Shown here piece by piece: positions 45,237-56,649 of a DNA stretch of 64,000 bases. The notes under the pieces are model-generated. The model did not search any database. It saw only the letters and a program-made list of their open reading frames with translations, and was not told where the DNA came from. The stretch covers positions 23,912-87,911 of the forward strand of contig JAOZUK010000001.1 in NCBI GenBank assembly GCA_029938715.1. The letters run 5' to 3'. The position numbers and the translations under genes are program-made. The stretch is from Bacteroidales bacterium (GTDB taxonomy: Bacteria > Bacteroidota > Bacteroidia > Bacteroidales > GCA-2748055). Positions within the stretch are counted from its first letter, which is position 1. Each line of letters opens with the position of its first letter.

Positions 45237-46474
45237 ACCTCTCGTTCTATATAGCCAGGCGATACCTTCTGGGTAAAAAATCCCAAAACGCCATTAACAT
45301 CATCTCTGGCATTTCAATACTGGGTGTCACCGTTGGAACCATGGCACTGGTCATTGTACTTTCTGTATTCAATGGTTTTGATTCGGTGGTTAAGTCACTT
45401 TTCAACTCTTTTGATCCCGATATAAAGATCTCGGCAACCCAAGGCAAAACTTTTAGCTCTGATCCAGGCTTAAATGATGCCATCAGGGCACTGCCCGGGG
45501 TAGAGGCGCTATCAGAAGTACTGGAAGAGAATGTGCTCTTGCTATACGGCGATAAACAGCATATTGCTACCATCAAAGGGGTAGATGAATACTTCCGTGA
45601 CGTATCGGGGCTCGATTCAATGGTCTATGACGGCTCTATGAAACTGAAAGATGAGAACCGTTCCTATGCAGTGGTCGGGCAGGGTGTGGCTTACAGCCTG
45701 AGGGTAGGACTCAGTTTTATTAACCCCCTGTTTGTCTACACCATTGACCGGACCGCAAAGGTAAATATGGCACAGCCTGAAGAGTCTATTCGCAGAGATT
45801 TTATCTACCCCTCGGGCATATTTGCCATTGAACAGCAATATGATTCCAGATATGTGGTATGTCCCATCGAATTTGTAAGAGAATTACTGACCTACCCAAA
45901 TGAAAATACCTTCCTTGAAATAAAGCTGGACCCTACTTACTCTGCGGATCAGGTACAGAAGCAAATTATGGATATGGCTGGTGATTCCTACCAGGTGAAA
46001 AACAGGGAACAACAGAATGCCCTTTTCTACAGGGTGATGAAATCAGAAAAATGGGCCATTTTCCTCATATTGACATTTATCCTGATTATTGCCTCGTTTA
46101 ATATTATAGGATCACTTAGTATGCTGATCATCGATAAGAAAAATGATATTGTCACCCTGCGCAATATGGGTGCCCCCAATAAGCTAATTGGCAGGATTTT
46201 TCTGGTAGAGGGATGGCTCATCTCCCTGGTTGGCAGTGTGATTGGCATCTTTTTAGGTACTCTGATCAGCTGGGTTCAGCAACGGTTTGGTGTGATTAAA
46301 CTATCTGGCAGCGGCACATTTGTAATCGATGCCTACCCGGTACAAATTGAGATTCCAGATATCTTGCTGGTATGGGTAACCGTCCTGGTCATTGGATGGA
46401 TTGCTGCCCGGTACCCGGTAAGGCAGATCTCAAGGAAGTATTTACTCAGTCTCGACAGGGAAGGTATTGTTTAA
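45233..46474 (+). CDS. LolC/E (FtsX/MacB-like) ABC permease
   Basis: YIARRYL, IVLSVFNGF, LIIASFNIIGSLSMLI.DK, IFLVEG, DAYPV; GTG start. Confidence 0.88.
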   Translation: MNLSFYIARRYLLGKKSQNAINIISGISILGVTVGTMALVIVLSVFNGFDSVVKSLFNSFDPDIKISATQGKTFSSDPGLNDAIRALPGVEALSEVLEENVLLLYGDKQHIATIKGVDEYFRDVSGLDSMVYDGSMKLKDENRSYAVVGQGVAYSLRVGLSFINPLFVYTIDRTAKVNMAQPEESIRRDFIYPSGIFAIEQQYDSRYVVCPIEFVRELLTYPNENTFLEIKLDPTYSADQVQKQIMDMAGDSYQVKNREQQNALFYRVMKSEKWAIFLILTFILIIASFNIIGSLSMLIIDKKNDIVTLRNMGAPNKLIGRIFLVEGWLISLVGSVIGIFLGTLISWVQQRFGVIKLSGSGTFVIDAYPVQIEIPDILLVWVTVLVIGWIAARYPVRQISRKYLLSLDREGIV

Positions 46475-46624
46475 AACTTTGTACATCATCTATCCCTAGA
46501 TCATCTAATTTTATAAGCGTCTGAAAAAACAGGGGCTCTGTACGTAACCTAATACGGTGTAATGTCGTATTTCATTTATGTGCAGGTCGTTGTGATCAGA
46601 TCTTGTAAAAGCGGATTAATCTCT

Positions 46625-49600
46625 ATGAAGTTATTCAGGACACTCTTATTTTTAATTATTCTGGCTGCTTCCTCAGCAATGTCAATGATTGCACAGGATT
46701 TGGAGATCTCAGGTCTCACAACCACACCTGTCACGTGTGGCGGAGGATCCGATGGAACCTTAACTGTATCAATCTCAGGGGGTATTGCACCCTTCTCCTA
46801 CCTGCTGTTAAATTATCTGTTGCAGCCCGTAGGTAAAATTGAAAATGTCACCGTCACTTCTCACACCTTCCTTAATCTTCAGAAAAATTCATATATACTC
46901 CTGGTGACTGACAGCGATTCCGCTGTTGCTATTGAACCTACTGTATCGGTGGGTGGTCCGGATCCCATTCAGGTAACCCTGGCAAGAAAAGTTGATGTCA
47001 CCTGCAATAATGCCAACGATGGAATTATCCAGGTCAGTGCCACTGGTGAAAAAGGAAATTATATTTTTGATCTTACAGGAGCTGAGAACCAAACCAACGA
47101 GACTGGTACATTTACCAATCTGCCCCAGGGTGATTATAAGGTTAAGGTAAGCGACAAAGATGGATGTCCCCTTACTGCTGAAACCAGCACTCTGACTATT
47201 GAAAATCCCGATCCAGTAGTAGTTACGGTGGACAATGTGACAGACGCGTCCTGTTTTGGGGAGTCCACCGGTTCCATTTTCATCACAGTCACCGGTGGCA
47301 GACCTTTTGGCTTAGGATCGGGCTATACCTATGAATGGACAAGCACCAACGGATTTACCTCCTCTTTAAAAGACATTACCAACCTGACTGCCGGAACTTA
47401 CTTCGTTACTGCATATGACGGCAACCTATGTGCAGGATTTGCTGGCCCCATTGAAATTAATGAGCCCACCCCAATTGTGGCTGTCCTGGATGGCACATCA
47501 GATGTTCAATGCAACGGAGGAAGCGACGGATCGGCATCCATCACGGTCAGCGGCGGTGCAGGGGGATATACCTATTCATGGGAAGGAGAACTTAATGGCC
47601 TGGTCTCCACAGTGGAAGACCCCATCGACCTGCCGGCCGACACCTACAACCTGACTATCACTGACGGGACCGGCTGCTCAAGAATTTTCCCCTCATTTGT
47701 TGTCATCGATGAACCACTGCCCTTTACAATTACTTTCGATGGAGTCACCAACGTATCATGCTCCGGGGGAAATGATGGCTCCCTGCTTATCACTCCCAAT
47801 GGAGGTACACCCGGCTATATCTTTCTCTGGTTGGGAACCACTTCCGGATACTCTTCTTCCGACGAAGATCCAGTGGATATGCCAGCCGATGTTTATGATC
47901 TGACCATTACAGATTCACGTGGTTGCAGCCAGATTATTCCTTCAGTTATCACCATTACTGAACCACCACCCATCACCTTCACTCTGATTGGTACTGTGGA
48001 TGTCTCCTGTTTCGGAGGAGCCGATGGGGGAGCCAATGTTACGGTTGAGGGTGGTACACCTCCCTACCTTTTGTCATGGATTGGGACCAATACCGGTCAC
48101 ACCTCCTCCATGGATAATCCCAACGACCTGATCGCTGATACCTACAGCCTTACTGTGACAGACTCCAACAGTTGTGTTTTGACCATAGCTGACCTTGCTA
48201 CAATCAATGAACCTGCCGAACTTCTGGTCACCCTTGATAACATCATAGATGTGGATTGTTATGGGGATTCAACCGGATCCATTGAGATCACTCCTTCGGG
48301 AGGAACTCCAGGCTACACATTCGTATGGACCGGACCCAATGGTTTTACGGAAACCACGGAGGATCTCTCAAACCTTAAGGCAGGAATTTACAACCTTACC
48401 ATCACTGATGCCAATGGTTGCACTTCCGTGTACCCGGGCATGGCCACAGTTGTAGAGAATAGTATCATTACTGCTGCCTTTGGTCTGACCAGTGCTAGCT
48501 GCAACGGAGGATCAGATGGCGCCATCTCTGTAATCGTCGCTGGTGGGGCTGGTGGTTATACCTACTTCTGGCAGGGCCCATTTGGTTTCACAAGCCCGGC
48601 CCAGGACATTTCAGGCCTGGTTTCCGGATCCTATCAACTTACGGTCACCGATGCCCTGGGATGCAGTCAGATAATGCCTGCTCTGGTTCTGGTTGAACCT
48701 CCACCCATATTAAGTGTGCTTACAGGAACCGATATCACCTGTTTCGGATATGGAAATGGAATCATTGCTATTTCCTCTTCCAATGGAGCTGCTCCATATG
48801 AATACTCCATGGTGGGTGAAGCCGGTCCTTATCAATCAGGCAATACCTTCTCTTCACTCGCTCCAGGCTTACATACCATCTGGACCCAGGATGCAAACCT
48901 CTGTGTGGTATCTGATACCATCACCCTCAGGGAACCTGAAGAGATCCAGGTATTGGGAGAGACCTTAAGCGGAGAGAATCTCTGCTTCGGTGATGCCTTG
49001 GGACAGATTTCGATCGATTTAGTTGCAGGTGGTGTCACACCTTATATGTACTCCATTGATGGAGGAGCAAACTTCTTTGCAACCTCTTTGTTCACCAACC
49101 TGCCGGCAGGTAACTACCAGACGGTAGTAAGAGATGCCTCGGGTTGTACCGGATTCGGTCAGTTGCATGTGGTTACAGAACCATTGGAGCTTCAGATCGG
49201 GCCCTACTCGCAGGTGGATATAACCTCATGTTTCGATGCACTTGAAGGTGAAATAAACATTGCCGGTAAAGATGGAACCGTACCTTACAGTTATACCCTG
49301 AATGGTTCTGTTACCAACCAGACCGGTATTTTCCTAAACCTGGGCGGTGGTCCATACCAGATATCCATAACCGATGCGAATGGTTGTACTGTGGATACAT
49401 CGGTGGTTATTCTCACTCCTACACCCATTGTGGTGGACGTACTCACAATTATTGATGTTACAGGTTGCTTTGGTGGGGCGAATGGCGAAATCACCGTGTT
49501 GGGTTCAGGTGGAAGCGCGGTACCGCAATACTCTTTAAATGGAGGCGCCTTGCAGCCAGGTGGAACTTTCAGCGGACTAACGGCCGGAATCTATACCCTC

Positions 49601-51814
49601 ACCCTGGACGATGGCAGCTGTACCCTCGATACAGCGGTGGTGGTTTCACAACCTGATCCAATTACCCTGGCCTCGGGCCTTGCCATACCCATCACCTGTT
49701 CAGGAGCAAATGATGGTCGCATTGAGGTATTGGGAGCTGGTGGAACTCCCCCACTAACTTACACCCTGAATCCGGGATCCATAATAAACAATACGGGAAT
49801 ATTTACCACCCTTTCTCCTGGAAGCTACACGGTGTCCATCAATGATAGTGAGGGATGTATTGGTGTTGACACCACTTTTACCCTGATCGATCCTCCTCTG
49901 TTTGTGCTCAACTCTGTGACCAGTAGTGACATCAGTTGTAATGGTGCTGCAGATGGCGCCATTATAGCCAGTGTATCAGGTGGTATCCCACCCTACCAGT
50001 ATTCTGTAGATAACCAGGCAACCTGGACCAGCGACAGCATTCAAGGCGGACTGGTACCGGGACCCTATGAATTCTATATCCGCGATGCCAACCTCTGTAC
50101 CCTGTATGGTGGATCGTTTACTATGACCGATCCTCCGGCAATAACAGCAACAGTGACCATTACCGATATCACCACCTGTCAGGGCGACACCACTGGTGCC
50201 ATCGAAGTGGTAGGTGCGGGTGGTACAGGAAACCTGGAGTACTCCCTTGACGGATTTGCTTATCAATCCTCAGGATCCTTTATCAATCTGACAGCAGGTT
50301 CATATACAGTTTTCATCCTGGATGCAACAAGTTGCTCTTATAACTTACCGGCCACCATAAATGAACCCGATCCTCTAACTGCCACCATCACCAAAAGTGA
50401 TGCCATCTTCGGTCAACTGGGATCAATTACAATTACGGAATCCTCAGGTGGAACGCTCCCCTATGCCTACTCAATCAATGGAGATACTGGTCCGTTTACA
50501 ACAGATACCATATATACGGATCTTGAAGCGGCGACTTACCATGTGATCATGAGAGACCTCAACGGCTGTACCTATGAGCAGATGATTGAAATCAGTGATG
50601 TGCCCCCACTTGATATGGGGATTGATATGATCCATGTCACCTGCTTTGGGGATGACAATGGTTCCATACTATTTGTGCCTCAAAATGCCGAAGGTGAGGT
50701 TACCTATTCCATTGACAGCGGTATGAATTTTGTACCCGATCCCCTCTTCGAAAACCTACCTGGAAATACAACCTATTACCTGGTGGCACTGGATGAGGTT
50801 GGAAAGGTGTTTACCGGCTCGGTAACCATTCTTGAACCCACCGAGCTAAATCTTTCCCAAATCATCACCCCCGCCCAGTGCAACGCATTCAGTGAAACAG
50901 GGGCCATCGATGTTACAGTCACCGGTGGAACAGGGACATACACCTATCTCTGGTCGGATGGCAGCACAGATGAGGACCGGATCAATATTGCGGCGGGGAT
51001 ATATAACCTGCTAACCACCGATAGCAACAGTTGCACCCGAACCGACTCTATAACCGTGGCCAGTGAGGTAACTGTATATGTATATGCCGGTCCAGATACC
51101 ACTATTTGCTATGGAGAATCTCTTCAGCTGCATGCTTACGGCGGTCATACACCCACATGGGACCCATCTCCCTTTATCACCGATCCCAATTCTTCCAGTC
51201 CGCTTACCCTGGGCATTACCGAGAATACCTCATTTGTATTGACCATCACTGAAGAGGCCAGTGTTTATGGGTGTTCCAACAAAGACACCATGGAGGTTAC
51301 CCTATTCCCACAAATAGGAATTGAGGTGAATGAAGATACCTTTATCATTGTGGGTACATCCATTCAGCTGGAGGCCATAGGTGGACCTTTCTTTGATTAC
51401 AGGTGGGAGCCTGCCACCGGATTGAACAGCATCACCATCCCCAATCCCATTGCAACTCCGACCCAATCGATCCGCTACTATGTGTATGGAACCAACGAGA
51501 GTGGTTGTGAGGAGGTCGATTCGGTCTACATCGAGGTAATCGAGGACCTGAGGGCCTACAATGCCTTTTCACCTAACGGGGATGGGATTAATGAATATTT
51601 CGAGATAGAACACGCTGAACGATTCCCTGAGATGCAAGTGGAGATATATAACCGCTGGGGCAGCCTGCTATATTCTTCCTCTGGATACGACAGTTCTAAT
51701 AACTGGGATGGCACTTATAAAGGAACGGAAGCTCCCATTGGAACTTACTATTATATAATTATTCCCTACAGTGGGGCAAAGCCCATTACAGGGCATGTAA
51801 CGATAATCAGGTAG
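46625..51814 (+). CDS. large SprB-repeat surface protein with T9SS type B C-terminal domain
   Basis: Signal peptide; about 18 repeats of xxC.G..DG.I....GG..PY.Y; C-terminal NAFSPNGDGINE..IYNRWG..WDGT..GTYYY..GHVTIIR. Confidence 0.9.
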   Translation: MKLFRTLLFLIILAASSAMSMIAQDLEISGLTTTPVTCGGGSDGTLTVSISGGIAPFSYLLLNYLLQPVGKIENVTVTSHTFLNLQKNSYILLVTDSDSAVAIEPTVSVGGPDPIQVTLARKVDVTCNNANDGIIQVSATGEKGNYIFDLTGAENQTNETGTFTNLPQGDYKVKVSDKDGCPLTAETSTLTIENPDPVVVTVDNVTDASCFGESTGSIFITVTGGRPFGLGSGYTYEWTSTNGFTSSLKDITNLTAGTYFVTAYDGNLCAGFAGPIEINEPTPIVAVLDGTSDVQCNGGSDGSASITVSGGAGGYTYSWEGELNGLVSTVEDPIDLPADTYNLTITDGTGCSRIFPSFVVIDEPLPFTITFDGVTNVSCSGGNDGSLLITPNGGTPGYIFLWLGTTSGYSSSDEDPVDMPADVYDLTITDSRGCSQIIPSVITITEPPPITFTLIGTVDVSCFGGADGGANVTVEGGTPPYLLSWIGTNTGHTSSMDNPNDLIADTYSLTVTDSNSCVLTIADLATINEPAELLVTLDNIIDVDCYGDSTGSIEITPSGGTPGYTFVWTGPNGFTETTEDLSNLKAGIYNLTITDANGCTSVYPGMATVVENSIITAAFGLTSASCNGGSDGAISVIVAGGAGGYTYFWQGPFGFTSPAQDISGLVSGSYQLTVTDALGCSQIMPALVLVEPPPILSVLTGTDITCFGYGNGIIAISSSNGAAPYEYSMVGEAGPYQSGNTFSSLAPGLHTIWTQDANLCVVSDTITLREPEEIQVLGETLSGENLCFGDALGQISIDLVAGGVTPYMYSIDGGANFFATSLFTNLPAGNYQTVVRDASGCTGFGQLHVVTEPLELQIGPYSQVDITSCFDALEGEINIAGKDGTVPYSYTLNGSVTNQTGIFLNLGGGPYQISITDANGCTVDTSVVILTPTPIVVDVLTIIDVTGCFGGANGEITVLGSGGSAVPQYSLNGGALQPGGTFSGLTAGIYTLTLDDGSCTLDTAVVVSQPDPITLASGLAIPITCSGANDGRIEVLGAGGTPPLTYTLNPGSIINNTGIFTTLSPGSYTVSINDSEGCIGVDTTFTLIDPPLFVLNSVTSSDISCNGAADGAIIASVSGGIPPYQYSVDNQATWTSDSIQGGLVPGPYEFYIRDANLCTLYGGSFTMTDPPAITATVTITDITTCQGDTTGAIEVVGAGGTGNLEYSLDGFAYQSSGSFINLTAGSYTVFILDATSCSYNLPATINEPDPLTATITKSDAIFGQLGSITITESSGGTLPYAYSINGDTGPFTTDTIYTDLEAATYHVIMRDLNGCTYEQMIEISDVPPLDMGIDMIHVTCFGDDNGSILFVPQNAEGEVTYSIDSGMNFVPDPLFENLPGNTTYYLVALDEVGKVFTGSVTILEPTELNLSQIITPAQCNAFSETGAIDVTVTGGTGTYTYLWSDGSTDEDRINIAAGIYNLLTTDSNSCTRTDSITVASEVTVYVYAGPDTTICYGESLQLHAYGGHTPTWDPSPFITDPNSSSPLTLGITENTSFVLTITEEASVYGCSNKDTMEVTLFPQIGIEVNEDTFIIVGTSIQLEAIGGPFFDYRWEPATGLNSITIPNPIATPTQSIRYYVYGTNESGCEEVDSVYIEVIEDLRAYNAFSPNGDGINEYFEIEHAERFPEMQVEIYNRWGSLLYSSSGYDSSNNWDGTYKGTEAPIGTYYYIIIPYSGAKPITGHVTIIR

Positions 51815-51815
51815 C

Positions 51816-52712
51816 ATGAAAAAAGTAATATACATTATCATACTAGCTACTGTTACGGGATTCACCGGATTGCAGGGACAACAAATGCCCCAGTACACCC
51901 AGTATATGTTTAACGATTTTGTAATCAATCCTGCCATAGCAGGAGTGGATAACTATTATCAGATAAGGACCAATCACCGGTTTCAATGGGTGGGCCTGAT
52001 GGATCCTCCTGTTACAAACTCTCTTGCTTTTTATGGCCCCCATGCAAAACAGCCCATGGGATATGGCGCCTATGTCTATAACGATGTGACTGGTCCCACC
52101 AGTCGGACAGGACTTACCGGTTCATACGCCTATAACATTGCCATTACGGATGATATCCGTCTCTCCATGGGGATCTCGGCCAGCATCATGCAATACCGGA
52201 TCGATGGTACACAGCTAAATCCCAGAGATGTTTCCGATCCAAGTATTCTCCAGGTGGTGAGTACCTCTTATCTTCCCGACGTGGGAATCGGTGGCTATCT
52301 TTATGCCGATGAATTCTATGTGGGGCTCTCTCTTGCGCAGCTTCTAAATAACAACCTGAAGATCTTTGACAACAGGAATGGACTGAATCGTTTGAAGACC
52401 CACATAAACCTGGTGGGAGCCTACAGATTCCAGATCAACGATGAGTGGCTGCTGGAACCTTCCCTGATGATCAGGGGAACGGTCCCGAAGGAACTGAAAT
52501 TTGATCTTACAGCAAGAGTAGAATGGAATAAGACGTTATGGGGAGCTCTGGCCTACAGGAATCAGGAATCGGTGGGGATTCTCATTGGTTACCGTTATGA
52601 AGAGCAGTTGCTATTTGGATACTCATATGACATAGGCATTTCGTCTCTCCGTAAATATAACACCGGAACGCACGAAATCATGATCGGTTATCGTTTTAAT
52701 GATATCAAATAA
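51816..52712 (+). CDS. PorP/SprF family protein, likely cognate partner of the upstream type B cargo
   Basis: QQMPQYTQYMFN..INPA.AG, R.QW.G..PP.T, GYSYD, GTHEIM.GY. Confidence 0.9.
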   Translation: MKKVIYIIILATVTGFTGLQGQQMPQYTQYMFNDFVINPAIAGVDNYYQIRTNHRFQWVGLMDPPVTNSLAFYGPHAKQPMGYGAYVYNDVTGPTSRTGLTGSYAYNIAITDDIRLSMGISASIMQYRIDGTQLNPRDVSDPSILQVVSTSYLPDVGIGGYLYADEFYVGLSLAQLLNNNLKIFDNRNGLNRLKTHINLVGAYRFQINDEWLLEPSLMIRGTVPKELKFDLTARVEWNKTLWGALAYRNQESVGILIGYRYEEQLLFGYSYDIGISSLRKYNTGTHEIMIGYRFNDIK

Positions 52713-53092
52713 TGGGTATGTATCTCCGGCTTCTGGGAATTTTTCTAATTTCATCTCTCCTGCTCCTTACTGGTTGTAACAATAATGAGCAGATCAGTGG
52801 AAAGGCTTTCATTGAACGCGATGTGCTGGTAGATGTACTGGTAGACATACACTTGATTGATGGGGTAACAAACGATCGTAAATTTCATCGCAGGTACGAT
52901 GCAGATAGCATAGACCTGCTGACCCCCATACTCCACAAGTACCATGTCACCCATGCGATGTTTGATACTACCATGGCAACCTATAGTAGGCACCCGAACC
53001 TGTTTGACCAGGTTTATGCCGATGTGCTTATCAAATTAAATGTGATGCTGGACAAGAATGATAAAGAGGAGATTAGTACATCAGAAGAGTAA
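52712..53092 (+). CDS. DUF4296-like lipoprotein
   Basis: Lipobox LTGC; DVLVDIHLID, ILHKYHV...FD..M..Y...P....Y..V. Confidence 0.75.
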   Translation: MGMYLRLLGIFLISSLLLLTGCNNNEQISGKAFIERDVLVDVLVDIHLIDGVTNDRKFHRRYDADSIDLLTPILHKYHVTHAMFDTTMATYSRHPNLFDQVYADVLIKLNVMLDKNDKEEISTSEE

Positions 53093-53678
53093 TTAAAACA
53101 ACTCCAAAACCCACTATGTAGCCAGCATACACCTCTGCCGAACGGCAAACACCCATGGCAAGTCTTGAGGTAGCCGTTACGCCCCCCACCAATAGTGCAA
53201 TCATAAGCACTCCCTGAAGTGGTGATTCATACAGAAAGATCAGTGCAATGATCAGTCCGGCCAGTCCTCCCAAAGCCGCTGTATGCATACAAACCCTGAA
53301 CCATATACCCACTAATAAAACCACAGAAAGCGTTATGGCAGTGGCTAATACATAAGAGTGTATAATCCTGCTCAGAGGTAAGCGGACAAAATAGACGAAG
53401 GTGATAATGTAGAGAATCAGGATGATTACCTGGGAGATAAGCCGCTCCTCCCTGGAGCTATTTTGCATTCTGGTAACCAGGTTTCTGTAGTAAAGAATGG
53501 GCATCATCATCAACGGAAAGAAGAGCGTTCCCAGTGCCATAACAAATAGAATGGCCCGTTTTGCAGCGGGGTCCAACAATGAAATATAGGTCCCTGAATT
53601 CAATAAGAGTAATAGTCCCAGTGTGGGCATGAGCAAAGGATGAAACAGGATTGAGATGACAGAGGCAATTTTTTTCAT
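53073..53678 (-). CDS. PAP2-like integral membrane protein
   Basis: ISILFHPLLMP, six TM-like segments, CMHT, SRL, EVYAG; immediately downstream of rpoN. Confidence 0.7.
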   Translation of the reverse strand: MKKIASVISILFHPLLMPTLGLLLLLNSGTYISLLDPAAKRAILFVMALGTLFFPLMMMPILYYRNLVTRMQNSSREERLISQVIILILYIITFVYFVRLPLSRIIHSYVLATAITLSVVLLVGIWFRVCMHTAALGGLAGLIIALIFLYESPLQGVLMIALLVGGVTATSRLAMGVCRSAEVYAGYIVGFGVVLITLLMY

Positions 53679-53687
53679 CTCCGGGAG

Positions 53688-55139
53688 CTATAGTTCTTTT
53701 CGCAACCGGGCCACGGGTAGTCCCAACTGCTCCCGGTACTTAGCCACTGTTCTTCTGGCGATGTGGTACCCCTTTTCATTTAGGATGGCCGACAGTCTGT
53801 CATCAGTAAGTGGTTTCCTTTTATCCTCACTTTCGATGCAGTCCTGAAGGATCTTCTTGATCTCCCTGGTCGATACCTCCTCACCACTTTCGGTTTGCAT
53901 TCCTTCCGAAAAAAAATACTTTAAAGGATAGATGCCAAAATGGGTCTGGATATACTTGCTGTTAGCCACCCTTGAAATTGTGGAAATATCCAGATCTGTC
54001 ATATCAGCAATGTCCTTTAAAATCATAGGTCGCATCCGGATTTCATCTCCCTCAAAGAAATAGGCCTCCTGGTATTCGAGGATGGCATTCATGGTAAGCA
54101 ACATGGTGTTCTGTCGCTGCCTGATGGCATCTATGAACCACTTGGCCGAATCAAGTTTCTGCTTCACAAAAGTGATGGCATCCTTTTCATCCTTGCTGGC
54201 TGAAGCTTTGTTGGCGCTGTAGCTTTCAAACATATCCGAGTAAGTTCTGCTCAGCCTCAATTCGGGAACATTGTTTGAGTTGAGATAGAGCTGCAGAACT
54301 CCTTCATTCTCCTCAAGGATAAAATCAGGTACAATGTGATGAAAAGACTTGGCCTGGGAGTCTCCCATAGCCCCTCCAGGTTTGGGATTGAGCCGCAGGA
54401 TCTCTTCCAGGGCCACCTTTAACTCCTCCTCTTTAATATTGAGCCTATGGATGATTTTATTGTAATGCTTATTTGTAAACTCATCGAAATGATTCTTGAG
54501 AATCTTATGGGCCATTAAGATAACTGGGTTTTCAAGGTCCTTCCTCTCAATCTGAAGCAGAAGGCATTCCTGCAGGTTCCGAGCACCAATACCGGCCGGA
54601 TCAAATTTCTGGATAACCATAAGTACAGCGTGCAGTGACTCATAGGAGGCTTCCTGTCCTGTGGAAAAAGCCAGGTCATCAGCAATGGCTTCCAAATCCC
54701 TTCGAAGATAACCGTCGTCATCAATATTCCCGAGAATATATTCAGCCAGAATCTCCTCCTCCTCGTTTAGGTTCCTCAAGCCAAGCTGGCTTTTCAATTG
54801 CTCCCTGAAAGTACTTCCCAGTGAAAAAGGAATCTCTTCACGCCTATCGTCTGTCGAATAGTTCTGCGCATTGAAGCGGTAACTGGGGATATCATCATCC
54901 TGCATATAGTCCTCAAGGGAGAACTCATCTTGTTGATCCCCGGTCTGTTCTTCCTTTGCATCCTCCTGTTCTTCGAAGGAGCCCTCTTCATTTCCCTCCT
55001 CCAGAACAGGATTCTCCTCAAGTTCCTTTTTAATTCTTTGCTCCAGCTGTATGGCCGGAATCTCAAGCAGCTTGATCATTTGGATCTGCTGCGGAGACAG
55101 TTTTTGAAGTAATTTTTGCTGAAGCCTCTGTTTAAGCAT
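53688..55139 (-). CDS. rpoN: RNA polymerase sigma54 factor
   Basis: Gln-rich region I, LEENP.LE, DPAGIGAR.LQECL, STISR, RpoN box ARRTVAKYRE. Confidence 0.98.
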   Translation of the reverse strand: MLKQRLQQKLLQKLSPQQIQMIKLLEIPAIQLEQRIKKELEENPVLEEGNEEGSFEEQEDAKEEQTGDQQDEFSLEDYMQDDDIPSYRFNAQNYSTDDRREEIPFSLGSTFREQLKSQLGLRNLNEEEEILAEYILGNIDDDGYLRRDLEAIADDLAFSTGQEASYESLHAVLMVIQKFDPAGIGARNLQECLLLQIERKDLENPVILMAHKILKNHFDEFTNKHYNKIIHRLNIKEEELKVALEEILRLNPKPGGAMGDSQAKSFHHIVPDFILEENEGVLQLYLNSNNVPELRLSRTYSDMFESYSANKASASKDEKDAITFVKQKLDSAKWFIDAIRQRQNTMLLTMNAILEYQEAYFFEGDEIRMRPMILKDIADMTDLDISTISRVANSKYIQTHFGIYPLKYFFSEGMQTESGEEVSTREIKKILQDCIESEDKRKPLTDDRLSAILNEKGYHIARRTVAKYREQLGLPVARLRKEL

Positions 55140-55149
55140 GGGTTATGTT

Positions 55150-56538
55150 CTAAAAATCTGCACTTTTCGGGGTACGTGGAAATGGAATCACATCTCTGAT
55201 GTTACTCATACCGGTAATAAACATAATTAATCGATCAAATCCCAATCCAAATCCACTATGTTCTACCGTACCAAATTTACGAGTTTCCAGGTACCACCAC
55301 AATTCATCTTCAGGAATATTCATCTTTCTCATCCTGTTTTGCAACTTGTCCAGGTTCTCCTCTCTCTGTGAACCCCCGATAATTTCACCGATCTGCGGGA
55401 ATAATACATCCATGGCCCTGACGGTTTTTCCATCGTCATTCTGCTTCATATAGAAGGACTTAATGATACTCGGATAATCAGTCAGGATCACAGGGCGCTT
55501 AAAATGTTCCTCCACCAGGTAGCGTTCATGCTCCGACTGAAGGTCCAATCCCCACTCCACCGGAAACTCAAACTTTTTATCTGCCTTTATCAATATTTCA
55601 ATGGCCTCTGAATAGCTCTTTCTTTCGAAAGGGTGCTTCAATACAAACCTGAGCCTCTCCAGCAATCCTTTATCAACCATTTTATTGAGAAATTCCAGAT
55701 CGTCCTGACAATGTTCCAGTGTATATCTGATCAGGTATTTCAAAAAGTCTTCGGCCAGGTCCATATTGTCGTTGATGTCATAGAATGCCATTTCTGGTTC
55801 AATCATCCAGAACTCTGCCACATGTCTGGGTGTATTGGAATTCTCCGCACGAAATGTGGGCCCGAAGGTGTAAATGGATGAAAGTGCCAACGCCCCAAGC
55901 TCTCCCTCAAGCTGACCTGATACGGTGAGGTTGGTGGGGCGGCCAAAAAAGTCCTGTGTATAATCAACCTCTCCATCTTCATTTTTGGGTGCTCCATCCG
56001 GCTCAAGGGTGGTTACCCGAAACATAGCACCGGCTCCCTCTGCATCGGAGGCTGTGATAATGGGTGTGTGCAAGTAAAAGAATCCTTTGTCGTTATAGTA
56101 TTGATGAACGGCAAATGCCAGGGCATGCCTTATTCTGAATACTGCACCAAATGTATTGGTCCTAAACCTGAGGTGGGCAATATCCCTGAGAAATTCAAAA
56201 GAATGCCCCTTCTTCTGTAAGGGATAAACTTCAGGATCGGAATCACCCAGGATTTCGATCTCCGAAGCCTGGATCTCCACGCTCTGCCCTTTGCCCATGG
56301 ACTCTACCAGCTTCCCAATCACACTAATACTGGAACCGGTGGTCACCCTCTTCATCAATTCTTCGGGAAAGGATTGAAGATCGGCTACCACCTGAATGCT
56401 ATGTATAATGGTTCCGTCATTCACCGCAATAAATGCTACCTGGTTATTTCCTCTCCGGGTTCTAACCCAGCCCTTCAACAAAACTTTACTGTTAATTTCC
56501 GGTGCAGTAAACAACTCTTTAACTGTCGATCTCTTCAT
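55150..56538 (-). CDS. asnS: asparagine--tRNA ligase
   Basis: [49 protein letters not shown]. Confidence 0.98.
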   Translation of the reverse strand: MKRSTVKELFTAPEINSKVLLKGWVRTRRGNNQVAFIAVNDGTIIHSIQVVADLQSFPEELMKRVTTGSSISVIGKLVESMGKGQSVEIQASEIEILGDSDPEVYPLQKKGHSFEFLRDIAHLRFRTNTFGAVFRIRHALAFAVHQYYNDKGFFYLHTPIITASDAEGAGAMFRVTTLEPDGAPKNEDGEVDYTQDFFGRPTNLTVSGQLEGELGALALSSIYTFGPTFRAENSNTPRHVAEFWMIEPEMAFYDINDNMDLAEDFLKYLIRYTLEHCQDDLEFLNKMVDKGLLERLRFVLKHPFERKSYSEAIEILIKADKKFEFPVEWGLDLQSEHERYLVEEHFKRPVILTDYPSIIKSFYMKQNDDGKTVRAMDVLFPQIGEIIGGSQREENLDKLQNRMRKMNIPEDELWWYLETRKFGTVEHSGFGLGFDRLIMFITGMSNIRDVIPFPRTPKSADF

Positions 56539-56649
56539 ATGCTATATTTTAATCAAGCTACAAAAGTACAATTTTATCAAATTCCCATCGTTAAGTTTAT
56601 AATCTAAAAAGATTCGGTTAATTTTACCAAAAGATCAAAAACTAAAACC

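Noticed and set aside
46475-46624. ECF-sigma promoter upstream of the SprB-like gene
   Set aside because: Only short CGTAA/CGTCT-like words are present, too weak to call by eye
47200-51100. DNA-level repeat array or diversity-generating locus in the 1750-aa gene
   Set aside because: The repeats are diverged protein-domain repeats; I saw no near-identical nucleotide copies and no reverse transcriptase or recombinase nearby
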